Source: Nitrospinaceae bacterium (GTDB lineage: Bacteria > Nitrospinota > Nitrospinia > Nitrospinales > VA-1). Taken from it: DNA of 56,299 nucleotides. The notes under the pieces are model-generated. The model was not told the DNA's origin. It saw nothing but the letters and a program-made list of their open reading frames with translations, and ran no database searches. This document shows positions 45,557 to 55,459 of the stretch, piece by piece; position 1 is the stretch's first letter, and every line of letters begins with the position of its first letter. Where the stretch lies: NCBI GenBank assembly GCA_029261695.1, contig JAJDAV010000113.1:1-56299 (forward strand). Direction: 5' to 3'. Made by a program: the position numbers and the translations under genes.

Positions 45557-46711
45557 ATGAAAAAAATATCCCTTCTTGGTTCTACAGGCTCAATTGGAGT
45601 AAATACACTAGACGTTGTTGAACGCAATCCAGAAAGCTTCCAGGTCTTAGCCATGTCAGCAGGAAGCAATGTGGATTTATTCGCAGAGCAAGTCAGAAAA
45701 TTTAAACCCAAAGTAGCCTCCTTATTTGATACCAGTAAAATTGCCATTCTCAAGGAACAGGTTGCCGATCTTGATGTTGAAGTCATCCCCGGTGAAGAAG
45801 GTTCCATCGCGGTTGCCACCCTACCCGAGGTAGATGTAGTTGTTTCGGGTGTTGTAGGGAGCGCCGGACTCGTACCTGCCATACAAGCTTTAAAGGCTGG
45901 AAAAACTCTTGCTTTGGCAAACAAAGAAACTCTCGTCATAGCGGGTGAGTTGGTCCTAAAAGAAGCAGAAAAAAATAACACACAAATCATTCCCATCGAC
46001 AGCGAACACAGTGCTATTTTTCAAGCATTGAATGGCGAAAAGAAAGAACGAATCAAAAAAATTATCCTGACAGCATCGGGGGGACCTTTCCGCACCTACA
46101 GTCTGGATCAAATGGAAGGCATAACGGTAAAAGACGCACTCAAGCACCCGAACTGGGATATGGGAGCAAAAATTACCATCGATTCATCTACTATGATGAA
46201 TAAAGGATTGGAATACATTGAAGCTAAATGGTTATTTGGTGTCGACACTCCTGTTGAAATTATTGTGCACGCCCAAAGCATCATCCATTCAATGATAGAG
46301 TTTGTAGACACTTCTATCATGGCACAGTTAGGCATTCCAGATATGCGCGTGCCCATTGCTTATGCACTGACTTATCCTGACCGATATGAATGCGATTTAC
46401 CTTCACTAGATTTAGCAACGATGGGCGACCTGACTTTTGAGGCACCAGATTTTAAACGATTCCCTTGTTTACAACTGGCTATCGATGCAATGGAAATGGG
46501 GCAGACCATGCCTGCCATACTAAATGCTGCAAATGAAATTGCTGTGCAGGCGTTTCTTGATGAACTTATCCCTTACAAAGATATCGCAGAAATCATTCGT
46601 ACGGTGATGCAAAATCATAGCCCGTCTCCGTTAAACGATTTGCAAGATGTATTGAATGCCGATCAATGGGCTCGCGATGAAACCACTAAGCTAATCACCG
46701 TTACCCACTGA
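45557..46711 (+). CDS. dxr: 1-deoxy-D-xylulose-5-phosphate reductoisomerase
   Basis: Motifs: MKKISLLGSTGSIG, LANKETLV, DSEHSAIFQ, HPNWDMGAKITIDS. I place the start at ATG 45557. The track ORF begins at 45521 inside cdsA. Confidence 0.92.
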   Translation: MKKISLLGSTGSIGVNTLDVVERNPESFQVLAMSAGSNVDLFAEQVRKFKPKVASLFDTSKIAILKEQVADLDVEVIPGEEGSIAVATLPEVDVVVSGVVGSAGLVPAIQALKAGKTLALANKETLVIAGELVLKEAEKNNTQIIPIDSEHSAIFQALNGEKKERIKKIILTASGGPFRTYSLDQMEGITVKDALKHPNWDMGAKITIDSSTMMNKGLEYIEAKWLFGVDTPVEIIVHAQSIIHSMIEFVDTSIMAQLGIPDMRVPIAYALTYPDRYECDLPSLDLATMGDLTFEAPDFKRFPCLQLAIDAMEMGQTMPAILNAANEIAVQAFLDELIPYKDIAEIIRTVMQNHSPSPLNDLQDVLNADQWARDETTKLITVTH

Positions 46712-46808
46712 AGTGAGGGGTATAGGCCAGAGCTTTTCCTGCGATATCAAAATACATAAGCTTCAGAATGAACGCTGATTCCCCTTTAAAAGAAAAACTT
46801 TCCATAAG

Positions 46809-47303
46809 ATGAATTCACCTATAATTCGCATTGGTAACGGTTACGATGTACACCGCCTCGTAGAAGGAAGGAAGCTGATACTAGGTGGTGTTGATATTCC
46901 ACATTCAACAGGACTCGATGGGCACTCCGATGCCGATGTTCTGCTGCACGCATTATGTGACGCTCTATTGGGCGCGGTAGGAGCGGGAGATATCGGCTCG
47001 CATTTTCCAGACACGGATTCCAAATGGAAAGGAATTTCTAGCCTGATCTTGCTTGAGCAAGTCACGGCTCTCTGTAGAGATAAAGGATTCGAAGTTTCCA
47101 ATATAGATACCATCATCGTGGCGCAAAAACCCAAGCTGGCATCGTTTTTACCGGATATGAAAAAGAATATTTCACAAGCGATGACAATAGACATCGGCCA
47201 AATAAATATAAAAGCCACAACAACAGAAAAATTGGGATTCGCCGGCAAAGAAGAAGGCATTGCTGCATACGCAGTCGCCTTGTTATCTAAGACGGTAAAC
47301 TAA
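46809..47303 (+). CDS. ispF: 2-C-methyl-D-erythritol 2,4-cyclodiphosphate synthase
   Basis: 164 aa with RIGNGYDVHRL, GHSDADVLLHA and KPKLA. Confidence 0.92.
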   Translation: MNSPIIRIGNGYDVHRLVEGRKLILGGVDIPHSTGLDGHSDADVLLHALCDALLGAVGAGDIGSHFPDTDSKWKGISSLILLEQVTALCRDKGFEVSNIDTIIVAQKPKLASFLPDMKKNISQAMTIDIGQINIKATTTEKLGFAGKEEGIAAYAVALLSKTVN

Positions 47304-47305
47304 AA

Positions 47306-48541
47306 ATGATCAATTCACGCATCGTCATAACTGGTATTGGGCTAACAGCTCCCAACGGAAATAACCTGAAAGAGTTTCGTCATAATCTTCTCAATGGAGT
47401 TTCGGGAGTGCAAGAGTTCGAAACCCGATATATGGGCAAAGTGCATGCCGGGGTGTGCGATTTTGACGAACTAAAATACCAAAAGAAAAAAGAACGTCGT
47501 CGTGGCACACGTGTTGGGTCCGTTGCAATTTACTGTTCGCGTGAAGCCTTTGCCGATGCAGGTCTCAACTTGGAATCGATCGACCGATCACGAGTAGGGG
47601 TTTATCTGGGAACTACAGAACATGGAAATGTAGAAACCGAAAACGAAGTCTACAATATCAGCAAATACGATTACGATGTGAAATTCTGGTCGCATCATCA
47701 TAATCCCCGAACAGTTTCAAACAATCCCGCCGGCGAAGTCACCTTGAATATGAAAATCACCGGTCCGCATTACACTATCGGTGCCGCCTGCGCTGCCGGT
47801 AACATGGGGGTCATTCAGGGACTGCAAATGTTGCGACTTGGAGAAGTGGATCTTGCGCTTGCCGGGGGTGTTTCTGAAAGCATCCATACCTTCGGTATTT
47901 TTGCCAGTTTTAAAAGTGAAGGTGCACTCGCCGAGCATGAAGACCCCACAAAAGCCAGTCGTCCGTTTGATAAAAACCGAAATGGAATTGTTTGCTCAGA
48001 AGGCGGATGCGTCTACACTCTTGAACGATTGGAAGATGCTCAGAAACGCGGGGCAAAAATTTATGGGGAAATTGTCGGATATGCAATTAACTCCGATGCC
48101 ATCGATTTTATTTTACCCGATCCAGGTAGACAGACCCAATGCATGAGAATGGCTCTAGACCGGGCCGGACTCACACCAAACGACATTGATATTCTGAACG
48201 CCCATGCAACCGCAACGCAAATGGGAGATATTCAAGAAACCAAAGCTCTTCGCGATGTGTTCGGTAACGAATGCAAAACTCGATTCAATAACACAAAAAG
48301 TTTTATCGGTCACACCATGGGTGCAGCAGGCACATTGGAATTGTCCGGTAACTTACCCGCTTTTGAAGATAATTGGGTGCATCCGACCATCAATCTCGAC
48401 GACCTCGACCCGGAATGCGCTTTGAACCATCTCGTCGCCAACAAACCTGAAAAACTTCCCGAAGTAAATTACATTATGAACAACTCCTTCGGTATGTTCG
48501 GCATCAACTCCGTTTTAATCGTTAAAAAGTTTTCGGAGTAG
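47306..48541 (+). CDS. fabF: beta-ketoacyl-ACP synthase, KAS II (FabF)-like
   Basis: 411 aa with the Cys-His-His triad blocks TIGAACAAGN, NAHATATQMGD and GHTMGAAG. The symbol is tentative because no acpP or fabG is adjacent. Confidence 0.8.
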   Translation: MINSRIVITGIGLTAPNGNNLKEFRHNLLNGVSGVQEFETRYMGKVHAGVCDFDELKYQKKKERRRGTRVGSVAIYCSREAFADAGLNLESIDRSRVGVYLGTTEHGNVETENEVYNISKYDYDVKFWSHHHNPRTVSNNPAGEVTLNMKITGPHYTIGAACAAGNMGVIQGLQMLRLGEVDLALAGGVSESIHTFGIFASFKSEGALAEHEDPTKASRPFDKNRNGIVCSEGGCVYTLERLEDAQKRGAKIYGEIVGYAINSDAIDFILPDPGRQTQCMRMALDRAGLTPNDIDILNAHATATQMGDIQETKALRDVFGNECKTRFNNTKSFIGHTMGAAGTLELSGNLPAFEDNWVHPTINLDDLDPECALNHLVANKPEKLPEVNYIMNNSFGMFGINSVLIVKKFSE

Positions 48542-48581
48542 GGCCGGGGATTTTCATTTTTTTGAGAAGCAAATCCCCCAA

Positions 48582-48606
48582 CCCCCTTCGTGAAGGGGGC
48601 TCTTTT
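48582..48606 (+). terminator. C5TT/AAG5 tetraloop hairpin plus T-run downstream of the KAS gene (same motif family as 3770 and 33867)
   Basis: CCCCCTT (48582-48588) pairs with AAGGGGG (48593-48599) around loop CGTG, followed by CTCTTTT. Confidence 0.5.
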
Positions 48607-48607
48607 A

Positions 48608-48642
48608 ATAACCCCCTCTTTCCCAAAGAGGACTGGGGTTAT
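48608..48642. repeat. second, nested imperfect hairpin (ATAACCCC...GGGGTTAT enclosing CTCTTT-CCC-AAAGAG)
   Basis: Read directly: outer 8 bp 48608-48615/48635-48642, inner 6 bp 48616-48621/48625-48630, and a 4-nt 3' bulge. Confidence 0.45.
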
Positions 48643-48869
48643 TTACCTTATTCTCCGTTTAAATATTTTATTCGGCATATTTAATATTTTCTGCTACGTT
48701 GCCAAAATCCTTTCTTCATTTTTAGGAAGCTTGAATGGAAAGTAACTGTCGCTCATGGCTCTATGGCCTATTGGTTATAATAGGGATTACGGTTTTCGTC
48801 TTGTTACGCTATAGCAATTCTTGATTACAGTACTTAACGATTATAAAAATATAATTAGGAAATTGAGTC

Positions 48870-49565
48870 GTGCCGCTTTCAAATTTTAAAGCAGTGTTCT
48901 TCGATGTCGGAGGAACTTTGATTCGTGTTCATCCTTCCGTCGGTGATGTCTATGCCAGGCACGCCCGGGATTTTGGCTTTTCTGGAACTGCGGAAGAGCT
49001 GAACGAGGGATTCCGTTCGCAATGGAAAATAATGGGCGGCATCGAATCACTGGGAAATAAGTCTGGCCCTGAGGCAGAAGAAAAATTCTGGAAAGATTTG
49101 GTGTTTCAAGTCTTTCATCCTTTGGGGGGATTGGATCGTTTTGATGAATATTTCAAACTGATTTTCGAAGTTTTCCGCGATGGTTCCAATTGGAAAATTC
49201 AAGAAGATGTCATCGAGTCGAATATCTTTGAAAAACTTAAGCAGCAAGATATCACTTTAGGTGTCATTTCAAATTGGGATTCGCGGCTGACCTCAACTCT
49301 GGAAAACCTAAAGCTGGCCGGTCATTTTAAATTTATTCTGCCGTCTGCGGTGGTGGGATCTGCCAAGCCGGATAAAAAAATATTCGAAGAAGCACTTCGG
49401 CTTAGCGGTGTTGCTCCTCACGAAGCCTGTCATATCGGGGATGAGGTAAAAACAGATATCAAGGGTGCCCAAAGTATGGGTATTCACGCCATATTATTGG
49501 ACCGGGAAAACAGATTCGATGATTCCACCCAACCCAAGGTTCGATCTTTTTTAGAACTGGTTTGA
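48870..49565 (+). CDS. HAD-superfamily hydrolase, subfamily IA
   Basis: 231 aa with a GTG start. Motif I is FFDVGGTLI (the second Asp is absent), motif II ISNWD, motif III KPDKKIF, motif IV HIGDEVKTDIKGA. Confidence 0.8.
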   Translation: MPLSNFKAVFFDVGGTLIRVHPSVGDVYARHARDFGFSGTAEELNEGFRSQWKIMGGIESLGNKSGPEAEEKFWKDLVFQVFHPLGGLDRFDEYFKLIFEVFRDGSNWKIQEDVIESNIFEKLKQQDITLGVISNWDSRLTSTLENLKLAGHFKFILPSAVVGSAKPDKKIFEEALRLSGVAPHEACHIGDEVKTDIKGAQSMGIHAILLDRENRFDDSTQPKVRSFLELV

Positions 49566-49572
49566 AGAGGGG

Positions 49573-50082
49573 CTAGGGCTTGTAACCTATCGTACCAATG
49601 AGTTTGGCGTTTTTGAAGCTCGTGTCGCGAGTTGTTGCGGATGTCAAATTAGCTTTGGTAAGATCCGCTCCGTGAAGAGATGCAGAGGTCAGGTTTGCTC
49701 TACTGAGGTCGCAACCCGTTAAGTTCGCGAAAGTAAGACTGGCCTTTATGCATTTGGCTCCGGCCAAATTTGCTTTCGTTAAATTGGCTCGACTTAAGGT
49801 GGTATTCTCTAGAGTAGCCCGGCTTAAATCGGCTTCTCTAAGGTTAGCGGTGGTTAAATCTGCTTCTGTCATATTTGAATTTTTAAAATTACATTTAGAC
49901 AGAAAAGTCCTGACGAATTTAGTTTTTATCAATAGGGTATTGCTGAAGTTTGCCGAAGCCAGAGTTAATCCACTAAAGTCCAAACCCGAAAGATCCAAGC
50001 CGGAAAAATCCATTTGGTTGGAATGCTCAATACTTTTGGTAATGAGTAACCTTCTAACTTCTTCTGTTGTTATGTTAGCCAT
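49573..50082 (-). CDS. pentapeptide-repeat protein
   Basis: 169 aa, almost entirely A(D/N)LxX repeats (ANLREADLSRATLENTTLSRANLTKANLAGAKC...). Confidence 0.85.
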   Translation of the reverse strand: MANITTEEVRRLLITKSIEHSNQMDFSGLDLSGLDFSGLTLASANFSNTLLIKTKFVRTFLSKCNFKNSNMTEADLTTANLREADLSRATLENTTLSRANLTKANLAGAKCIKASLTFANLTGCDLSRANLTSASLHGADLTKANLTSATTRDTSFKNAKLIGTIGYKP

Positions 50083-50161
50083 AGGATTTACTATTGAAAA
50101 GGCGAGTTTTATATCCCTTTGACTATAACCATTCCCCCTCTTCTAAACAAGCAATAATTTT

Positions 50162-51682
50162 TTATTGAATAGCATTATTTGTGACCGTTTCTAACTCCCT
50201 CTTTTTATTGCGAAAATCCCAAAGCAACAATAAATAAAAAGGTAGATATTCCACCCAGGGTGTCCATTGACTCCACGTTTGAATCTCCTGATAGTCAAAA
50301 TAAAAATCTAGGTAATAAAGCCCAACCAAACCGGTAAGCAAAATCCATGACCGATTTGGGAACAAACATAAAAATGGTACTACCCAGCAAAGGTACCAAG
50401 GATTTTGTATGGGGCTAAGCAAAAATACCAGAGCCATCAGAACGAAGAAATGTTTTATGAACTTTTGAGGTTCGTTAATCAATGAAGTGTTTTTCAACAG
50501 AATCCAAATTAGAACCGCCATCAATATACAAACCACGGTTAGTTTGCTAAGAAAAATGGGTAATGGGTTAGACAAAAAAGACACACTATTTAAATCTCCC
50601 GGTAAGCTTTTGAAGATAAAAACCAGACAGGCAAAAATACTGTCATTACTTTGCCAATAGAGAGAATAAGCTTTTAACCCGTCAAACATTTGCAAGCCAA
50701 TCCCCATAAAAGGGAGATACCCAAGAATTATTATCCCAATAAAGAGCAACGAGTTTAAGATGGGCGCCCCCCACGGATTCCCTTCATTTTCACGAGACTT
50801 CTCAAGACAAGATTGGAAATAAAGGGGAAATAATATTGCTGGATAAAGTTTTCCCAAAAAACCCAACGCAAGAAAAATTGTTGCCAGACTATGGCGGTGG
50901 CGGATCAGAAAATAAATAGAGCCACATAAAAATGAAATTCCAATAATATCCAGATGAGTGGAGTTGAGAGTTTCTTTGATTATGAGTGGGCACCAGAAAT
51001 AAATCACACTCCAATTTTTATTTAATCCCAACTTGCTCAGAATTCCAACAATGAAAAACAAAGTTAAAACATCGAAGAACAGAAAAGCCAAACGCATGGC
51101 AAGAATACTGTCCGCTTGAATAAGGTGAACCGCTGTGAACACAAACTGAGCCATGGGAGGGTATATGGTCGGCACTGTTGGATGGTTTACCCTCTCGAGA
51201 TATTTTAGGGATTTAGGAGTCTCCCATTTCAACGCCGATAGTTTTTCCAGTTCTCGCTCATTTGTTTCGGTATAAATCTCATAATAAGTTTCGGGATTTT
51301 GGATTCGCAACTCTTTAAAGTCATGAACTTCTGAGGGAGAGTATTTGAAAGGATTGATGCCGTTGGAAAAAACTTTCCCATCCCATAGATAGCGATAAAC
51401 ATCGTCTTCCTGGATCTGCTGCGCTGGCAAGATAGCCAGCCTGAACAGCAAGCCGAAAACAATAAGGGCCCAAAAGGTAAATCGATCTTCCGGTTTCTTT
51501 AAAACAAAAGCGCAAGCGGCAAAGAAAACCAAGGAGAGCGAAAAATAAATTACCAGATAGGTGAGAATTGGTCGATCGGCATAGCCTTCACCCCAATTGA
51601 ACTCTTTAGAAATTTTAGTAAGGAAGAAATAAAGGAGTAGACTAACAATTCCCAGGAAAATGACCTGGAGACGTGGGCGCAT
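50162..51682 (-). CDS. polytopic GT-C-fold membrane protein (DUF2029/GT87-like glycosyltransferase, tentative)
   Basis: 506 aa with at least 11 predicted TM segments. The first-loop acidic motif QIQEDDVYRYLWDGKVFSNGINPFKY is typical of GT-C enzymes. Confidence 0.65.
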   Translation of the reverse strand: MRPRLQVIFLGIVSLLLYFFLTKISKEFNWGEGYADRPILTYLVIYFSLSLVFFAACAFVLKKPEDRFTFWALIVFGLLFRLAILPAQQIQEDDVYRYLWDGKVFSNGINPFKYSPSEVHDFKELRIQNPETYYEIYTETNERELEKLSALKWETPKSLKYLERVNHPTVPTIYPPMAQFVFTAVHLIQADSILAMRLAFLFFDVLTLFFIVGILSKLGLNKNWSVIYFWCPLIIKETLNSTHLDIIGISFLCGSIYFLIRHRHSLATIFLALGFLGKLYPAILFPLYFQSCLEKSRENEGNPWGAPILNSLLFIGIIILGYLPFMGIGLQMFDGLKAYSLYWQSNDSIFACLVFIFKSLPGDLNSVSFLSNPLPIFLSKLTVVCILMAVLIWILLKNTSLINEPQKFIKHFFVLMALVFLLSPIQNPWYLCWVVPFLCLFPNRSWILLTGLVGLYYLDFYFDYQEIQTWSQWTPWVEYLPFYLLLLWDFRNKKRELETVTNNAIQ

Positions 51683-51688
51683 CCTGAG

Positions 51689-52594
51689 TTAATGCGTTTG
51701 TGCGAAGGAGCTTTGCCCTTCCAGCTTTTTCAGTTTTTCAATTTCCATGTCGGAAAGGGTTTTGTAAATCTCTAGAACACTGCGGTGGGTGTAGGGGTCA
51801 TCATTCTTAATTGCAAGGGCAGACCAATATCGGGTTAGCGCCTCCTGATACATTTTTTTCTTTTTGTATATATCTCCAAGTCGGACGAACAAATCAAACC
51901 GGTCTGGCTCAAGCACAGAGACCCGCTCCATACTATTCGCAGCTTCCAGAAGCTTTCCTGATCTTTCGAACTCGGTACCCAATGCCTCAAGGTATGTGGG
52001 GTTTTCAGGTTCGATATCCACTGCTTTTAAAATATGCTCGATTCCATGATCGTAATTTTGTTTTTTAAGGAGAAGCCTGCCTAATCGATAATGGCTGGCA
52101 GAATGCTTATTATCAATATTTATAGCTTTTAAATAGGTTTGTTCGGCTTCTGCAAGTTGACCTTCTAATTCCTGAAACTCTCCCAACACGCTTAGAGGGT
52201 GCGCCGAGTCTGGATTTTTATTTGCCGCCGTATTTAGCTGAGAAAAGGCGTCTTCTTTTTTTCCCTGTAAATAATGGATGGATGCCAAATTGATTCGGCT
52301 AAAAGTATCTTCTGTGTGCTTTAACACATCTTGATAGAGTTCTGCCGCACGATCATGCTTGCCCTGATCCTGATAAACCACACCCAGATTGTATAACGCG
52401 AAAGTGTCTTTCGGATTTTTTCTTAAAGCCAGCTTGTACTCTTCAATGGCTTTGGCATAATCCTTATTGTCGTAATGCTCAACCCCCCGATTAAAATGGC
52501 TGTCGATGGGAGCGGGCGTATTGGTGCAGCCAACAAAGAAAATCACCTGGCAGTACAAAAAAAGTTTTACAGGAAATTTTAGAAAATTCAGCAT
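51689..52594 (-). CDS. TPR-repeat lipoprotein
   Basis: 301 aa with the lipobox IFFVGC and at least 6 TPRs (YAKAIEEYKLALRKNPKDTFALYNLGVVY...). Confidence 0.8.
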   Translation of the reverse strand: MLNFLKFPVKLFLYCQVIFFVGCTNTPAPIDSHFNRGVEHYDNKDYAKAIEEYKLALRKNPKDTFALYNLGVVYQDQGKHDRAAELYQDVLKHTEDTFSRINLASIHYLQGKKEDAFSQLNTAANKNPDSAHPLSVLGEFQELEGQLAEAEQTYLKAINIDNKHSASHYRLGRLLLKKQNYDHGIEHILKAVDIEPENPTYLEALGTEFERSGKLLEAANSMERVSVLEPDRFDLFVRLGDIYKKKKMYQEALTRYWSALAIKNDDPYTHRSVLEIYKTLSDMEIEKLKKLEGQSSFAQTH

Positions 52595-52596
52595 AG

Positions 52597-53718
52597 TTAT
52601 CTGGCTGACACCTTATCGAGCCGTTTCATACGAGTATCCGGCTTTCCTGAAGTGGAAACTTCATCCGATGCCACGGGAACATCATCGGACTTGCGTACCA
52701 GTTTCCAAGGGTTCCGTTTCAAATCTTCGGTTAACGATTTCAAGTTTCGAGAAGTTTCGTTCATGTTTTTGACGAGTTCGAGTAAGCTCCGTCGATTCTC
52801 AACCATAATAGAGTTTCCCTGATCCAGAGTTTGCGCAACGCTGGTTGCAGTGCGGTCTATATCTAGAGTTATTTCTTGAGCGTTCGTTTCCATGCTATTG
52901 ATCAAACTGGTTACACCCGGTCGCGTATCAGCCATTAAAATTTCCATTTCGCGCGACATGTTATGTAGCTGGCTTATGATCTCTCTAATCTCGGTATCTT
53001 TATCTGTTAACAGTTTATCGGCTTTTTCTGAAACAGAGGCCACGTGCTCGAAGGTCGAGCCTAGCTTGCCGCTATTTTTATCCAGAAAATTTGAAAGTTT
53101 TCCCGACACCTTTAAAGCATTATCCATATTTGCTTTAATTGCCGGTCGGTTTTCCATAACGACTGAATCCATATGCGAAACAGATAGCCGTACGCCTTCT
53201 AACGTATTTCGAACATCTGTTACCAGGTCTTCGGTAAGTTTGGTAAATCGTCGGATTTCCAAAATCACTTCTGTGGCCATGTCGCCAATTTTTGCAATCT
53301 CAAAAGAATCCTGACCAATCAATTTTTCATTTGCAGCCAATTCAGGTGAGCCTTGTGTTCCTGGTCGGATATCGATATAAAGGCCACCCATTAAACCGGC
53401 GGTTTTAATCATAGCGACTGAATTTTTCTTAATGATAATAGCGGGATTAATCTCTGCAATAACCGTTACCCTATCACTGCCCTTTTCATCTTTTGAGCCG
53501 AGCAATTCGATATCTTTTACAGACCCAATATCAAGACCTGCATAACGGACCGGAGCACCCACTTCCATTCCACCTGTAAAATTAAAAACAACTTTTAACA
53601 TTTTACGAGGTTTGAAATAGTCCTGAATATTTCCCATCATAAAAATCATGGCAACCAGCCCAATCATGCTGATGAAAATAAATAACCCGGCTTTAACTTC
53701 TGAGGAACGGTATTCCAT
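52597..53718 (-). CDS. mlaD: MlaD/MCE-domain protein with long C-terminal helical extension
   Basis: 373 aa with an N-terminal TM segment, the MCE block FTGGMEVGAPVRYAGLDIGSVKDIEL, and about 230 aa of helical C-terminus. Confidence 0.85.
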   Translation of the reverse strand: MEYRSSEVKAGLFIFISMIGLVAMIFMMGNIQDYFKPRKMLKVVFNFTGGMEVGAPVRYAGLDIGSVKDIELLGSKDEKGSDRVTVIAEINPAIIIKKNSVAMIKTAGLMGGLYIDIRPGTQGSPELAANEKLIGQDSFEIAKIGDMATEVILEIRRFTKLTEDLVTDVRNTLEGVRLSVSHMDSVVMENRPAIKANMDNALKVSGKLSNFLDKNSGKLGSTFEHVASVSEKADKLLTDKDTEIREIISQLHNMSREMEILMADTRPGVTSLINSMETNAQEITLDIDRTATSVAQTLDQGNSIMVENRRSLLELVKNMNETSRNLKSLTEDLKRNPWKLVRKSDDVPVASDEVSTSGKPDTRMKRLDKVSAR

Positions 53719-53720
53719 AA

Positions 53721-54527
53721 TTATATATGACTCATGTTTTTGAGTTCGTCTCCATAATTGGTCAGGCTTTTGCTAAAGGGAATCGGTCCATCAGGGCTTC
53801 CCTGTATGAACTGTTGCACTCTTGGGTCGTCACTATTCCTGATCTCTTCTGGAGAACCCGAAGCAACGATCTTTCCCTTGAACAGCATAATAATTTTATC
53901 AGAAATTCTCATAGCGCTGGGAATTTCATGGGTGACCACAACCGATGTGATTCCCATTTTACGGCTGAGGTCGATGATTAACTTGTCAATAACGCCTATG
54001 GAAATGGGGTCAAGCCCTGCTGAAGGCTCGTCATAAAAAACAATTTTTGGGTCCAGCGCAATGGCCCGCGCCAAAGCAATGCGCTTAATCATGCCTCCTG
54101 ACAGTTGCGCTGGTTTGAGATGCTCCGCACCTCTTAACCCCACCATCTCCAATTTCATTTTCACCATTATTTGAATGGTGCTTTCGTTTAGCTCCGTATG
54201 TTCCCGCATAGGAAGGGCGACATTATCTTCAACCGTTAACGAATTGAACAAAGCACCGCTCTGAAACATGATGCCAAATTTTTTTCTTACGCCATTCGCC
54301 GCTTCACCTTGCAACAGACTTACTTCTTCACCATCGATCCAAATTTCTCCTGAGTCCGGGGTGTAAGCACCGATGAGGTGTTTCAGCACCGTACTTTTTC
54401 CGCTACCGCTTCCACCGATGATAGAAGTGATTTGACCTTTTTCCATCTCTGCATTGAAATCATCGAGCACGACCACCCGCTTATCGCCTTCACCAAAAGA
54501 TTTCCTGAGATGTTTGATTTCTATCAT
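53721..54527 (-). CDS. mlaF: ABC transporter ATP-binding protein MlaF
   Basis: 268 aa with Walker A GGSGSGKST, signature LSGGMIKRIALARA and Walker B IVFYDEPSAGLDP. Confidence 0.9.
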   Translation of the reverse strand: MIEIKHLRKSFGEGDKRVVVLDDFNAEMEKGQITSIIGGSGSGKSTVLKHLIGAYTPDSGEIWIDGEEVSLLQGEAANGVRKKFGIMFQSGALFNSLTVEDNVALPMREHTELNESTIQIMVKMKLEMVGLRGAEHLKPAQLSGGMIKRIALARAIALDPKIVFYDEPSAGLDPISIGVIDKLIIDLSRKMGITSVVVTHEIPSAMRISDKIIMLFKGKIVASGSPEEIRNSDDPRVQQFIQGSPDGPIPFSKSLTNYGDELKNMSHI

Positions 54528-55345
54528 CAGAATACAAAGAAAAATAAAGATGTAAATACTAAATCTGCGATGATCACCAGGATCATGGAGACCACCACTG
54601 CGGTGCGTGTATTTTGTCCTACTTTTTCAGCTCCACCTTCAATGATGAATGCCATGTAGCTACCCACCATTACAATGATAACTGCAAACACAACGCTTTT
54701 TACTAACCCGGTTATAACGTCCTTCACTACCATTGCATCGAGGGAATTGTTGACATAAACCACCGGGTCGATACCCAGAGTGGTCGTGCCAATGAGGAAG
54801 CCCCCTAAAATCCCCATGAGGTCTGCCATAATAGTCAGGCAGGGCAACATGATCAATAGCGCCAGAAACCGGGGAGTGATCAAAAACTTGACTGGATTCA
54901 GAGCCATGGTTTCCAAAGCCAGAACTTCATCGGAAACTTTCATGGTTCCCATCTCGGCGGTGAACGCTGCTCCCACGCGACCCGCCATAACAAGAGCGGT
55001 CATTAAAGGTCCCAGTTCTCTCAGTATGGCAACTCCCACCAGCGCACCCACAAATTCCAAAGCACCCAGTCGGCTCAATTGATGCGCAGACTGAAAAGCG
55101 AGGATGACACCGATCAAAAACGAAACCAAAAATACAATGGTGGTGGACTTAACGCCGACCTCTTCCATTTGTGTCCATACGGGACGCCATTTATTCGGCT
55201 TGCCTTTTAGCGGTTCTATGAATGTGCAATATAGGGTGGCTCGGGTCAGATAATACAGGCCACTTATTTCCCTGAAGAAATCTGTAGAGGAATCTACAAG
55301 ATTGAAACCTCTTCTACCTATGAATCCAAAAAATGACCTGACCAT
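54527..55345 (-). CDS. mlaE: ABC transporter permease MlaE
   Basis: The block LRELGPLMTALVMAGRVGAAFTAEMGTMKVSDEVLALETMALNP matches the MlaE signature. I place the start at ATG 55345 (AGGAA 5 nt upstream). The track ORF starts at TTG 55393. The stop overlaps the mlaF start by 1 nt. Confidence 0.88.
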   Translation of the reverse strand: MVRSFFGFIGRRGFNLVDSSTDFFREISGLYYLTRATLYCTFIEPLKGKPNKWRPVWTQMEEVGVKSTTIVFLVSFLIGVILAFQSAHQLSRLGALEFVGALVGVAILRELGPLMTALVMAGRVGAAFTAEMGTMKVSDEVLALETMALNPVKFLITPRFLALLIMLPCLTIMADLMGILGGFLIGTTTLGIDPVVYVNNSLDAMVVKDVITGLVKSVVFAVIIVMVGSYMAFIIEGGAEKVGQNTRTAVVVSMILVIIADLVFTSLFFFVF

Positions 55346-55459
55346 AATTATTCCTGAGGCGTAACTATGCGCAGGCCAGATAAAAGCACACAAACTAGTA
55401 ACCAGAAGCGCAACGGTTATCGTCTGCTCAATTACGTTTTGACCTACTGCGTGTGGAGG

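Noticed and set aside
45535-47260. Minus-strand ORFs 45535..45996, 45956..46147, 46108..46356 and 46841..47260
   Set aside because: They are antisense to dxr and ispF, whose frames carry the diagnostic motifs.
52892-54659. Plus-strand ORFs antisense to mlaD, mlaF and mlaE (52892..53314, 53727..53981, 53758..54036, 54378..54659, and 54780..55082)
   Set aside because: They are shadow ORFs opposite well-supported transporter genes.
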